63,778 nucleotides of DNA, filler included, from Intoshia linei (GCA_001642005.1; 5 parts of 5 records of this genome joined end to end with filler, not necessarily neighbours in it), one strand, 5' to 3'. Shown: positions 36,019-50,343, numbered from the whole stretch's first letter. Notes: generated by a model not told the origin, from the letters alone. Made by a program: numbers and translations.

Positions 36019-36239
36019 GGTGCCTAAGACTTATGTCGCTCGAAATTTTGCAATTTTAATTAAAAATACCTATATTTCATTAATTATTAAATTTTTGTTA
36101 TATTTTTTACATTTTTAGGGTTGTTAAATATTTGTTCTTGATCATACACTAGATATGATATAAGAAAATGTCTTAAATCATGAACCAGGAGTGTTTAAAT
36201 TAATTACAATTGGGTGCCTAAGACTTATGTCGGGCACTG
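36019..36239. mobile_element. IR/DR-type terminus of a Tc1-like transposon
   Basis: GGTGCCTAAGACTTATGTCG occurs twice about 194 bp apart; the outer copy ends GGCACTG-TA. Confidence 0.7.
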
Positions 36240-37382
36240 TATATCAGGACTCCTGATTCAGGAGTCGGCAACTATAGATCCACACAATATTTTTGGTGGC
36301 CATTTGAGTAAATCTGTAAATTATTTATTTTTACATTTTGAACTTTTAAACACAGTTTTAAACATTTTCTACTATAATTGGCGCATTATAAAAATTTTAA
36401 TACTGAATTTTCAGACCGCCTGAATTTTATTTTGATGAATATACTAGAACCGTTTCTCTTCAGTTAAAATTGAAATGTATCTTGGGTACATTTTCAAAAA
36501 AGGGGCATATAGAATTTTTAGATATATACCGTTGATTTTTAATGCATATGCCTTATAAAATTTAAACAATGTCTGCTAACATATGGTTAATAACCAAATA
36601 CCTAATTGTTTTAAATCATACATTTTTATCAAAAACCCTTGTTTTTGGGGTAGTTTGCTAAAATTGCTGACCTAACCCGGGTCGGACTGTATACTTAGTC
36701 ATCGAAAAATAATTTCGGGAACATGTTCCTGGAACACGTTGGACGGTTGAGTAGCTCTATGGTACATCAAGATATGTTATCAGAAAATTTAAATCATCAA
36801 AATTATCACCTGGCCCATATTGTCGAGCCATCAAAGCACTTGAAGTTTTGATAAAACTTTTGTTCATTATTAAATTTTGTTTCAAATAAACTGGACGACA
36901 GAGTCTTGAAGCTAAATTTGCGATTTAATTTAAAATTAACATTACTTACTAAATTTGATTGAATTCAACATTTTTCTATGTTAAAAATAAAGTTATGTAA
37001 ATCTAATTTTATTTGTAATAAAATTAATTTTTTGCATTTTTTACAAAATGTCAAAATATAGTGATATAGAAGTGTTAATGTAATAAAATTGACCCATAAT
37101 TTTATAAAAAGGAACAATTGCTTTGTCAATTTATAAAATATACAACAATCTTTTATTATAATAAAAGTTACTCAAATTTTATAATTATAAAATTTGAGTA
37201 TATTTTTAACTTTAAGGGTTAAACTCTACTTAAAGTCTATATTGAATACATTATCTAGTTAATTATTTGCATTATCTTGTACAACATCCAGTAATTTCAA
37301 TTTTCTAATCTCAAACTTCTCAAACTAAATTTCGCTCATTAATATAAACTTGTAAATAAAAATAAACAATAGTTTACTCAAA

Positions 37383-40300
37383 ATGTCGGCATGTTTAAGG
37401 TTAAGTTTTGTCTTCATTATAGAGATTATTGATAATTTAGATTGGTAAGATTCCAAAAAATTAAAAATAATTTATTTGGCATGTCAAATGGTATGTACCC
37501 ACAAAAACATAATTATAATCAAACATTTAATCGTTATTACATCAATTCGATTTCAAGTACTCGTACTAAATCTTGGTGGAAATCCAAATGCTTATTAGGT
37601 GTAGCTATGGGCGTTGGTTCAGTTTCATTTGGCTTATTTACAATTTATTATTCGGTAAAGTTTTATTATACATTTGTCATTAATATTATATCTTTAAATA
37701 TATATACTATATACATTACTGTTGGGGAATCATTCAATCAAAACTGTTGCTGTTTATCTGTACGGATTAATGCTTACTAATTCTATAAAATCCTTTAAAA
37801 TCTTAATTTAGTGATTTATTTGTTATTTATTTATCCATATTTAAACTACATTTATAAATTATAATGCTTTAAATGAGAATGATGTAATAATCAATTTATA
37901 AACTGTCCTTACGCTCAGTTAATTTCTGTGCTGCTTGAACATAGCGTTTAAATTGATTGCATTCACAGTATAAATATCAATACTTTAGATTTCTTTTTAT
38001 TTACATTATCATTTAGTTATCCAAAAATAAACAATCCAATCCGTCTAAATATACAATTAAAAGTGAACATTTAAAAATTAAAAGTATGGATTTAACAAAA
38101 CAACCTGAAATTTTGACAAATGTAACGAAATGTCCTTATATTGTTGTTGGCAGTGGTGCGGCTGGTTTTGGTGCTGCTTTGGGAATTAGAGCTAATGATC
38201 CTTTATCCAAGGTTTACTTTCTTATAATTATTAATTAAGATATCCATTGTTTGATTTAAATGTAAAGTTGATGGTTATAACAAATTAATTTCATTTAATT
38301 TTACTAAATTTAGGTATTGATTCTAACAGAAAATCAACATTATCCTTATAAAAACCCACCTTTATCGAAGTATTTATGGAATAATGATAAAGAAACTTTA
38401 ACAGACAAATTTTTGTATGGAGTCAGTGATAAATTTGACGACAAGAATCGATCTAGGTATTTAACTTGTGTTGATACTGTCGTTTACAAAGATTAGCAAT
38501 TCTTAAGTAACCCATTAAGTAAACTATGCTAAAAATGTGTTTTAAACAAACAGACACTGTATGTGTAAACCAGTGGTTCGCGATTGGTGTATCTGGAGCC
38601 CTTGGGTCCGAAAAGATATGCCTGGTGTACGTGATATTCAAGTAAAATATTTAAAAAATTTTGCCAACTTTTGTTTATTTTTATAGGAGAATTTTTAATA
38701 TTTATTATTGAGTTGACATATGTTGGGAATTTATTCCAAGGCCTATACGACTGCTACATTATTATTTCAAAAATCCCACTTTTTCCCCACCATTAATATA
38801 ATTTAATAAAAATACAACATTTCAAACCCTCAGGGAAAAATCGACTTTTAACGATATTTTTTTGAAAAATACGATTTTACCAAATTTTATGAGCACCAAC
38901 TTCTTAAACTAAAACCCAAAATAAAAAATCTAATTCTACAAACCCTTAATGACAAATCCCCATTTCCAATATTTTTTTGAAAAACACAATTTTACCAAAT
39001 CTTACGAGAAAAAACTTTTTAATTTTTTCTTAAATGTTTTATATTTCATGTTTCTTTTCGCACCAAAAAAATATAAATATATTGAATGGTGAACCACTAG
39101 TATAAACATTTATTTATTATTTTTTTTAATGTCAAAGACTTATTTTTAAAAAAATGTAATTTCAGTTTTGGTCGTGAAGGTGCCAATTTTTTATTTGATC
39201 AATTTAATAATTTGTGTCGTAATATTGAAATACTCTTACATATATAGTTTTTATTTTAGTGTGTTTTACGAAGATGAAGAATATTTTTTACCTTTTAATG
39301 ACTTGTTAAATGCTGAATATGGTGGTATTAGCTGTATGCGTAATTCAAAGGTAAAATTTAATAATTATAAATATTATTTATAAATACGCCTCGGTTAATC
39401 GATCCAAATGGAAAAAACACCTATCTAAATAAGCAATATATAATTGCATCTAATTTTTAGTCAATTAATAAATATATTCAGCTTTTGATTTAATTGAACT
39501 GTCTTAATATTGTTCTTTTTTACTGTATTCAACATTTTCGTATGTAATATATTCAATACATTATTTTCACCATTTTGTCGAGAATTTGTTTAAAGTCTTG
39601 ATTATATCACGTGGATCCATGAAAATTGGAGTGAGAACCAAAAAAAGTTAATTTAGAACTTGGAGGATCCTACAATTTATTAATACCCTCATTCTAAAAA
39701 AGTTTTGCAACCTTTTGCATCACGTTGGCCATTTTATACCAAAAAATTATACGGGCCCCGTTTTGGAATTTTACACGATACATTTCAATTTTAACTGAAT
39801 TGAAACGGTTCTAATATATTTAACAAAATAAAATGCTGTGAGATCTGAAAATTCTGTATTAAAATGATTATAATGAGCCAATTATAGTAAAAAATGTTAA
39901 TAATGAGTAAATAAATTTGAAAAATTTCAAAATAAATAATTTACATATTTACTCAAAGGATCACCAAAATTATTATGTAAGCCACTTTTGGCCCGCGGGT
40001 GACTGGTTGCTGACCGTGTTCTAAAATTAAATGGTGTCGGTATGTTAAATTATGATAATAACCATGTGAAAAATCAAAATTCTTTACACAAATGTTAACA
40101 AAAGAAAATTAAGATGGAATAATTCACTTTAAAGTAAAAACTAATGTAATATGACGGTTCCACCTGCAACAAGTTTGGGAACCATTCCTTAAGGATTGAT
40201 AATAGTGAATAGTGGGATTTTTAAGTTTGATTTTGAACATGAATTTATTTTTTTGGTAGAATAAAAATGTGCTCTCGACAGAGGTAGATGCTGTTTGTAC

Positions 40301-43300
40301 GTAGTACATAACAGTCAACCTAGTAAATTATAATACGTTATTTAGAAAAATATTAAATTTCATAAATAAATATTTTTTATAAATTGATTCTTGGGTCGCG
40401 TTTTGGACGATCCTGGATTATATAAAATTCTATTTAATTATATATTCTTTTTCATTTATATTTTTAAGGTAACACATCTTGATGTTGACAATAAATGTAT
40501 TACTTACATTGACCGGGATGATAATAAACATGTCATTTCATACGATAAATGCGTTTTGGCGACAGGTTCATTATATTGATTAATTAATTTTTTATCTTTA
40601 ATTGAATATTATTTCGTTTAAGACTTAAAATTTAATTTCAGGAAATTATTGTTTACAAGTTAATAATTATATAATATTTTCGCCACGAAAATTAAAAATA
40701 GGTCCATAATATTTTTATCACAAACTATGCGGTGTCATAGTGTTAACGACCTGTCTAAAGTATTTGACTGATATTTTAAATTTAACACACAAAATAGTTA
40801 TGATATTCAAGAATATAATTTTTGAATGTTCAATTTGGAATTATAAAAGACCCATTTTACAAAAATTTTGTCGAGATCCCTTTTTGGGGTCTCGGAATAC
40901 TATAGGTTCGGCACTGTGTATATAAATTGTTCTAATTTTAAAATTTTCTCAAGATTAAAATGTATTGTCGATATCCTTTATTTTTCATTCCGAAAAATTT
41001 TGATATCTTTACTATACTCATTTTATAGGACTAGAAGCTTTAAAAGACAAGCCTTGGATGTCTTCGTTGGATTCAAATTTTTTGTCGTTTTGTCGAAATG
41101 TATGGTTTAATTCTGAGTTAATCAACGGATTTTTAGTTATCAGAATGGAAAATTGCATTTGATAAATCAGCTGATGGAAACACGATAGCCCTTGTTGGAA
41201 AAGGTTTATTAATTGCCGAGTTGGCTAATTCTATCAGATTTAAAGGTAGACAATTGTTAATCACAATTCTAAAGTGTTTTTCAATTATTATATTTTAATT
41301 TTTAGGAAAAGACATGAACGTTAACGTTTTGGTAATAAACGAAAGTGAATATTTATTGGATGATTTACTACCCAAATATTTGGCCAGACAAGTGACTAAA
41401 TTGATTAAAATAGGTAAATTAAAATACCACGTGTGACATGAAAAATATGCTTTTTCGTTCAATGTCTTTACTCAATGCTAATTATTTTCTTTTACTCAAT
41501 TCAATGAAAATTTCTTTATATGTTTACTGTTTCATAATTAAATTGAATTCTATAAAAATTGTTTTAAGAAATTGAAAAACTTTTTTATGCGTGCGATAAT
41601 TTGTGAGAAGAATTAAAATTAGAGGTAAGGTAAAATATATTAAATTTGAGAAGAATGTAAGAAATTCAACTTAGATAATGCTGATATCGTAATTCTTGTC
41701 ATTTTGTCATCAGTATAATGTATATATAAATATGACATTTAACTTGCCTAATAATAATTATTTTTATTTTTTTATAGCAGGAGTAAACATGATACTATCA
41801 CAAAAAATTGATAATGCTAAAATTATTGATAACGACAAAGTGATTTTAACAACTAACAATGGAAAAGAAGTACATTTAATTTAATGTTCGTTTTAATCCG
41901 TATCAGTACCGTCAATTTAATATTATTGTATGGCCCATTTTTCTAAATTTCAACATAATATGATGAAAAATGAGATGTGACAATTTTTTTTAATTGGGGT
42001 CGATGGTGATGATAATGACGCCACTGACTATAATAATATAATATGTTACGGGTATTTTGTTTAGTATACCGTCAATCACATTGTTGCAGACTATGGTAGT
42101 GTGCAAAACAAGGAGTATATTAAAACGTGTTCTACCTTTGCTGATAAAATGGATTCCAAAAATAGATTGAAAACTGATCAATTTTTTAAAGTCACCGATT
42201 CCATCTGGGGAGTAAATATTTATTTTTTTAAAATGTAATGTATTTCAGGCTGGTGTATTGTGTTCTTATTGGAATTTATCATGTAATAAGTATATCAATG
42301 ATAGTACCTTTGACCATGCGTTTATGAGCGGTAGATTGGCTGGTAGAAATTGTGCTGTCAATGCTGGTAAATGTACAAAACAATTTGTTTTATAATTGTC
42401 ATTTCTAGACAATACTAATAATTCTGAATCTAAGAATGCATCTCAATCGTATATTCCTTACAAGTACATTACGCATTTTTCTGTAGATTTAGGATTGAGT
42501 CATTTTTGTGGTATTGGTAGAATTGATAGTAAATTAAAAACACGTGCATATTTCACTGATACGGAAAATTCAAACATGTTTGAAACTGATTCAATTATGA
42601 CTGATGCTCAAGAAGAAGAATTTTTGGTTTTTTAGTTTATTAAATTTCATTTATTCAATTTTAGAAACGAATGTCACGAGGTGTTGTATTTTATATTAAC
42701 GAAAACGAGGAAATTTGTGGAATACTGAGCTGGAATATGTATAAAGATTTAGATCAAGCTAAATTGGTAGTCACATTTGTTCTTTTTTGATAGGAAAATT
42801 TTCTTATTATTATTTTTCTTAGGTAGTATAATTTGGGGTAAGTTAGAGGTCTGTATCGGATCATGATATGCATCGCCGAACCTACAATATCCCGATACCC
42901 TTTTCTGGGGTATCGATGAAATTTATGTAAAATTATGGCCTTATTTTTCATGAGCATTAAAAAATTATATTCTTGAATTTCATAACTATTTTTTCAGTTT
43001 AAATTAAAATGTCAAATCAAGAATCTTTAAAGGGTGTTTAGGGCTATATGAAACTATGCTTAGTATGTGTAAATTTTTTAGAGGCCTATTTTTCATTTTG
43101 GGTGGCCTCGTCTCTGGTGATATGAACTAAAAAAACCAAAAGTTTATATGACAAAAACGGTTCGATTACCATGAAACTTTTTATTTCAGTAGATTAGTGT
43201 TTTTAAACCTTTTTTACATTAGGGCGCACTTGGAAAAAATATTAAACATTTTATATTTTCCATGGTTTAAGATTTTTCATAGGGAAGCTGCAAATTTTTA

Positions 43301-44214
43301 AAAAAAGTTTCCGTACAAAACAACAAACAAATCTGATTTAACTGACCTTCTGTGAAAGGGTATATACCAGGGTTTCTCAAATGCCCGTTCGCAAGATAAT
43401 TTTTATTGAACAGAAGTCAATTTATTACGTTTTTTATTAAAAATTTTTATTGTTGCCCAGTAATTTTACTTTCAAGGTCCATAATAAATTTTATAATTTA
43501 TTACCGGTCTGCCGTGAAAAAAATGTTGGAACCCCTGGTATATACTATATATCTTGTTTTCCATTTTTCTCTGGGATACACATAATTTTTGAAGAGCACT
43601 ACTGCGCCAGGGCGCACCGGTTGAGAAACACTACATTAGACTCATTAAAACATCACTTTTTCACGTGTCTCATAAACCTAGAGAACGGGTTTAAAAACAT
43701 TTTTATCTGTGACGTACATGCAGAGCCAAACCTACCAAGCTCGAGACTACTAGATAATGAAAAATAGATACTAAAAAACGATGATTAATGTTATATGGCC
43801 CCTAGCCACCACTTCAAACCTATTGACTTGACATTTTAAATTTAATTCCAAAATATTTATGATATTTAAGATAGTAAATTTTTTAAATGCTCCCTTTGGA
43901 TAAACAAGAACACGAAGAGGGATCTTTGTTACGGTTGATTTAGCACTGCACACAAGTCGTCTTTGATTGAGGGTTATACATCAATAGTTTAAAATATTTA
44001 AATTCTAACCCCAATTTAACAGATATGATACTGCTCATATCTACAATTTTATATTTAGATTATAAGTCAAAAAACATCTTCTAAAGAATGTGACGAAATT
44101 GCCAGAATATTTTCACCTTTCAAAGTGGAGGAGTATGAAAGAGATAATGTAGAAGAACCCAAAACTGAACAGACTGATTCCAATTCTAAAGAACATATAG
44201 AATCCTCTGTATAG
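37383..44214 (+). CDS. AIFM1: Apoptosis-inducing factor-like mitochondrial flavoprotein, divergent, about 14-15 exons
   Basis: Basic presequence and TM segment (37383-37654); YIVVGSGAAGFGAALGIRANDP (38017-38211); PYKNPPLSKYLW; ISYDKCVLATG; IALVGKGLLIAELA; DHAFMSGRLAGRN; DLG..GIGRIDSKL; RGVVFY..ICGILSWN; stop TAG at 44212-44214. One exon near 40640-40760 is unresolved. Confidence 0.85.
38571..39099. mobile_element. hAT MITE in an AIF intron
   Basis: CAGTGGTTC...GAACCACTA termini, TSD GTGTAAAC/GTATAAAC. An inverted related copy lies at ~61870-62250. Confidence 0.75.
40075..40323 (+). mobile_element. Helitron 3' fragment
   Basis: Ends GTACATAACAGTCAACCTAG-T. Confidence 0.85.
43368..43537. mobile_element. 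hAT MITE
   Basis: CAGGGTTTCTCAA...TTGGAACCCCTG with a perfect TSD GTATATAC. Confidence 0.85.
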
Positions 44215-44984
44215 CCGTACCGAATACTTTTATTTATTTAAATTCAATTAAAATGTAAATTCTAGAATGATTTATTCGAAATAACCTCACCTCTATTTTT
44301 TAGGTCTGAGTGAGAAAAGATTTGACCGTCATGTGTTAACAATGTTTTGTTAACATTAATTAATTAATCTGTGTCTTTTGATTTGTAAATTTTAAGGTTG
44401 GGTGAAGTAAATACTTAAAAAAGTTATAAAATAAATTAGATTTTGATACTAGCACAGTCGTTCTAAAATCCAAAGACTTACAAATGAACCGCAGTTTTAT
44501 TTTTATTTAGTCGTTAAATTTTCCAGTGGCGCCATTTGTAGAAACTATAAATTGCATTGGTAAAAGGATATTTCCGACAGTCTTATAAAAGTGAATTTTT
44601 TTCGTAACAATGTATTATTGCGAGATTGCTATTTGCAACAAAATTTTTTTTAGTGATTTAAGGATGTAAAGTGTTCAATTAAAAATCCTACAATTATTGA
44701 ATTGTTACTAAAGAAAACGTCGTAAATCAATTGCAGTTGTGATTAATATCATTAATTAACATCAGTAATTTATAGCACAGAGAATAACGTGCCGAGTTAT
44801 TGAGCCATATACAAATAAGCCATAGTAGTTACAATAATGATAATTTATCAAATCTTGTTTAATGATGAATTTATAACTATGTAGTTATAAACAATTCATT
44901 TATATATTTTTCTAGTATCAATATACTCATTAATAATATACATCAATATTTTTGCATTTTTAAAAATTAATTTAAAGGTAAATA

Positions 44985-45554
44985 ATGGTATACATATCAG
45001 AAACTGATTTTGGAATGTCAAAACAGGACGGATATTTGAAATTCTCTAAAAAATTTGAACCGAATTTTCCTGGGCTAGAGACGATATTTATAAATTATAA
45101 ATACATAAATTACTACTACCTTGTGGCAGCAATTTTAGCTGGTTTAACGATTCTCATTTATATTGTTTCGATGTGTATTGTGATTTACAAGATATTCGTA
45201 ATTATTATCAATTTATAGGAATATTCATTTATGGTTTCATTTTATTTCATGTATTTTTTAGAAACTCAAAATGCAATGCAACCTTTTTATTTGTAAAAAT
45301 CTACACAAGACTCGTTACCACGAAGGATTGGATATATGGTCACATAGATGCACCATTTGTATGAAAAGGTTTATGCTGAAAGAGAAAATTGAAGTTTTAA
45401 GTTGTAAACATGGTACATTCAGTGTTTTCAAAATTTTTATAATTTTTTAGCATATCATGGCCGATGCATCAATCCCTGGTTTTATACGTATCACAACTAT
45501 AATTGTCCAACGTGTAATGAAGATATGCTGGGTGACATGCAAGATTTAATTTAA
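44985..45554 (+). CDS. Small transmembrane RING-H2 E3 ligase (RNF24/RNF122/RNF13-like architecture)
   Basis: Exons 44985-45197, 45262-45412 and 45451-45554 encode a TM helix followed by CTIC...CKHAYHGRC..PWF...CPTC, a complete C3H2C3 RING. Confidence 0.85.
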
Positions 45555-45651
45555 TACCAAATTTCTATTCCTTGTTTACACAGGACTTTTTTTTTGTTTT
45601 GTTTGTTAATACAGTTTAATAAACTTTTATTGGTTATATGATGTATTATAC

Positions 45652-48322
45652 TTTTGTGTAGTTATTGGTATTTTCAATTCCGGGTAAATTTTTTTTAGAT
45701 ACCATTCGAATGATTTACACTTTAATCGTTTCCGTAACGCAATTCTATCAGAAATGCTTCCTATATCTACCTGATAAATTACAGTTAATATTTAAATTTT
45801 AGATCTCTGTTTAATTTATAGATGTTATCTATCGATATAATTACATCTCAAATTATGACATTTTAAAGTGAGTCATTCTTTTTTATTCATTTTTTTATGA
45901 AAATTTTTTTAAATGTAGTATGATACCTGAGAAATATGTCATTAAAAAATTGGGTTTTTACAAGAAAACATATTAGCCAAAAAAATCCATTTTAAATTTA
46001 TATTATATATTGATATACCTGATATTATCTAACTTTTGTAAAATAATGTCTTGTATTCATCGAGCCACACCTCAACAAGTCGCATACAATTTGTTAGTAA
46101 ACTGTCTCTATTAAATTTTGACCCGTAAGGAGATTTGTACTTGTATAAATGTTCAATGTATGAACACGGATGAATTAATAATGTTCCACCGCACATTCAA
46201 ACCTAATCTTTCAGTATAACTGTATTGATATTTATTAAATTTTACCTTGAAATTAAATTAAAGCTTAAAAACTTTTTAATTTACCTTAAATGACATTTCC
46301 AAATTTTCAGCACCCCACACCTTCATGCCTTAAATAAAAGTAAATTAAAATTTTGATATATAAATTATTTTTAATATTACCTGAATCGTGCTGTCCTAAA
46401 TAATTGAAATATTTTCTGTGCATTGTGAATAATCCTCCACTTATAGTGGGAGTTCTAAAATTTTCTATATTTTATATTTGTACATAATTTATCTTTAAAA
46501 TTCTAATTTGAAAAATTTACAATTCTTTACAACAACCGTTAGTGGTTAGCGGATTGCCACTTGTGAACCGTTTCATTAGTGTTGATTAAAAAAAATTGAT
46601 GACTGAATTATTTGAAAACGTTTATTATAAGATTCGATGAAATTAGTTTTATACAAATGTTCTGAATTATCCGTCTAAGACAAAAAATTAGTACAATACT
46701 TAAAAGTTATAAAACCAAAATGTTTAGAACCGATTTAAAATCGCTACATGCGTCCATTCGGTGTAATTTGTCGATATTGGGGATATAATTAGACTACTAT
46801 AATATCTTTTTAATCCATATTTATAAATTAATCAATTTTTTTTAATCCTAACACTATCATTTTTTGGCGCAATTTTATTAATACTCATTCACAGGTAATA
46901 TGAATATTATATTGTCGTTAAAAATCTTTACAATGTGTATATTTGTTTCAATGTTATTAATTTAGACACCATTTCTGTAAACTGGAATCTGCCATAAGAA
47001 TAAAACAATGAAAATACAAGTTATGTGATTTTTAATATGATTAATTAATAGATATGTATCCTTTCAATAAATAAATATCAAATAGATTGTGAAATAATCA
47101 ACAAATGTAAAATTTTGTGTATTTGAACAAACAAGATGGGAATTTTGGAATTTTTTAAAAATCAAGGATACCGTACTGCGTATGGGGAAAAAGATTTTTT
47201 CAGCCCAACAGAATTGACAGGAGACCGAATTAATTTACAAAAATTATACCTAATTGACATTCACAATGTGAATCTAGAAAAGTAATTGTTTGCCCTGATG
47301 CAGCATACACACCGGTTATTCTTGCCCCAGCAATTCCTTTACTTTCAATTTCTCGAATCAATTTAACAATTGGATAATTTTCTAGAAAATCTTCAAGAGG
47401 TTTTTTCAAATGTTTCAAAATAGAAAAATCATCGACCAAAATAATTTCATGCAAGTAATGTGGATTCGTATTACTTATCACAGACATTATGGTGCGAAAT
47501 AATGTGTTCCAAGCTTCATCAATGAATACGATAATTACACTAGTATTTAAATTTGTGTTTTTATATTTTATTTTTTTGCACCTTAAGTATTATATCTGCA
47601 TTATAAATATTTTTCATGATCAGCTAATGCAGGATGGGACCAATTTAAAATTTTATTGTAATATTTTGACTCGTTCTAAATTTTTAGTTAATTTAAAAAA
47701 TGTGTTTAGATATTAATTTTTTTATTTTGGAGGAAATTTCGTCTTGCACTTGCGTTGCTTTTAAAGCGTTCAAGTATGGAAAAATGTGTGTTTTCGTGTT
47801 AAAAATTAAATTTACATGTTAAAGAAAATATCATGTATATAAAAGAATTAATTCCATGAATAAATAAAGTTTCACTTACGAGGCATTGAAATCTACAATG
47901 AATGGTCACTGAATATTATTAATTATATTGAAAAACTTGCCAAAAAATGAATAATTTAACTTTGATTTCAGTTGAAGGACTGATTAAGAAATTTTTTTAT
48001 TAAAAAATAATTTTCAAAAAACCTCAAAATTAACACACCCATTTGATTTAGTGGCCATCACTGAGGTAGATTATATTGTACATCTTCCCACCGGTATACA
48101 TCAATGTAGGTTGTATTATATTTTATTTCTAATCCCTTGCCGAATTTAAATAACCTTTCATCTCTCATATCATCAAGTTTTCAATGAATTGGAATACGTT
48201 GATTCAAATATTCATTGAATTCATGTTGCCTATATCCTTCATCAAATTGTATCTATTCATTTCTGGACAAATCTTGTCGGTTTATATACACTGGTTTTCC
48301 TCCATAACCAAAGTAGGTATTA
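45652..48322 (-). pseudogene. Polypeptide N-acetylgalactosaminyltransferase (GT27) pseudogene
   Basis: Exons encode [57 protein letters not shown] and [10 protein letters not shown]. In-frame stops occur at 48253-55 (TAG), 48181-83 (TGA) and 46197-99 (TGA); no recognisable intact lectin domain. Confidence 0.85.
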
Positions 48323-48629
48323 CCTTTAATTTGTATTTATTAAGTGTAATTAATAATTACTAATTATATTTATTACAATATTCATTCAACGGAAATATCA
48401 ATAAAAATAATAAGAATATAACATTTAAATGAGCTACATTTACCAGTTGATAAAAAGAAAGCGTTATTATTCAAAATTGAAAATATCAACTCTAACACAA
48501 AATTTTTCAATGTATAGACACAAAATATAAAAAACGCGATATAATTACACATCATGTAAACCAAGTTTTTTAAACTTTAAATATGTTGATGGTAATCGAT
48601 AATACGTTTTTATCAGATGAAAAATTGAT

Positions 48630-49460
48630 ATCTAATTGATTAGATATTTAAAATCTAATATCGAAGAGCTTTCAATTATCGTTTTGGTGGCACACCCCTG
48701 AAACTTAAAATAATATAATTATAATCATATAGCAGATGAAAATACAATGTATTTTGACAATTTTAACGTTTCCACATACAATTTAAATATTGATGATTTT
48801 TATATTTTTAGTAATTAAAATTTAATAAAAATATTAAATTTCAACTGCCACTGGGTGAATAATTCCTGACTGAGCTCTAGATGTTATATTGGTGTGCATC
48901 CTGGACGCAATATAGCTGGATGTTTTTGGCTTAATCAATCCTTCTTTAATTGCAGATTGACGAATATTTGCCAATCTGTTGTAATACTTCACTCGACGTG
49001 ATTTTCCGTATAGAATATTTGAAAGTGAATTCCAATGATTGATAAACACAATTGAAGCAAAAATCTAATCGATTAAATGATACAAGTAGTAAATATTATT
49101 TAAATTACAATCATCCCAAAAGATACAAACCAATAAATAATGCACATGTACATTTCCGGGTATAAATAAAGAATAATCTAAACATTTAGAATAGAATTGA
49201 TCTCTTAATCTACTTTTTTTAGATTTTACGAATTTTAGAGATATCTATACATATGAACTATTATTCTAAAATATTACCCAAACTTGGACGTGATTGTTCC
49301 ACACTATAAAGTATGTTCCAATGAAAATTTCATAGATTCGTTGTGTAAATATGATAAATATCCATGTGTAAATGTAAATTTTGCCTTCAAACATCTTAAT
49401 ACAATAATTATACACAATACAATCTACATTGAATATTATATACATTTCTGGCATGAGTTT
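48630..49460 (-). CDS. Unidentified multi-pass membrane protein, several short exons
   Basis: Hydrophobic ORF segments at 49454-49280, 49177-49108 and 49064-48860, plus a putative last exon GCATKTIIESSSILDFKYLIN*, are bounded by GT-AG. No family recognised. Confidence 0.4.
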
Positions 49461-50343
49461 ACATTTTACAAAATAAAAAATACTATTTTAATGATTTCGT
49501 ATCGAACCTTATGACTTGATTAATAATTAATTAGGAATACAAAACCCATTAGTGATGCTAAGAAACGAAGGCTGTTGGAAACTTTGAATAAAAACATAAA
49601 AAGAAAAATGAATATTTATGACATTTTTAACCAAAAAAGTTTAAGAATTAACTTCTAGGTCCAATTTATGAGTTATCAAACTACACAATATTAAGAGAAA
49701 CTTTTAAACTGCTTTGTAGTCAAATCATCATTATCTATGTTACATTTAATTATCTACAAAAGATTATTAAAAAATTCAATGAAGAAGGTATTATTTTAAT
49801 AAACGCCAAATATATAATATTTTTATCAAATTTTGAAAGAAAATATACTTTTTACGATATTTTCGAGGGCAACTTTTAAAGTTATTTTTTTAAAAAGTCA
49901 ACATGATGAAAATATACATTGATAATATTGGAACATAATTGAACATTATAAGATTTGAAAAATGTGGACACTGACCACTCGTCAGTGTGTATAATATACA
50001 CACTTGTATATAGAATTTTAAAAAACTTATGAATCAATAACGTTTTTGATATTATACATCAGCGGTTCTTAAATGGGGGTACTGGTACCCCCTAATGGTA
50101 CCATAAATTATTTTGGGTACCAGTTCGTCTCATCCTATGACTCACACTTTATGATTCATAAATTATAAATATATACTTTCATTATAGTAAACTTAAGTTC
50201 GAATAATAAATATTATATTATCAATCAGTGCACGATATCAAACGAAGTAATTTAATTAAATTTGAAAGTAATTTTATACCTATTTATAGTATGTTTAAAG
50301 CTAAAACAAGAAAATGGAACAACGATTATAGTCAGTTCGGTTT

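Noticed and set aside
40124-40318. Similar ORFs MYYVQTA... (also 61362-61547; 18235-18441 is another repeat ORF)
   Set aside because: Chance frames within non-coding Helitron copies.
46197-48255. Stop-codon reassignment (TGA=Trp) suggested by V*MCGG in GALNT
   Set aside because: The other GALNT stops fall at different expected residues (TGA for Arg, TAG), intact genes here use TGG for Trp, and TAG/TAA terminate AIF, RING and the LCAT-like gene. Pseudogenisation is simpler.
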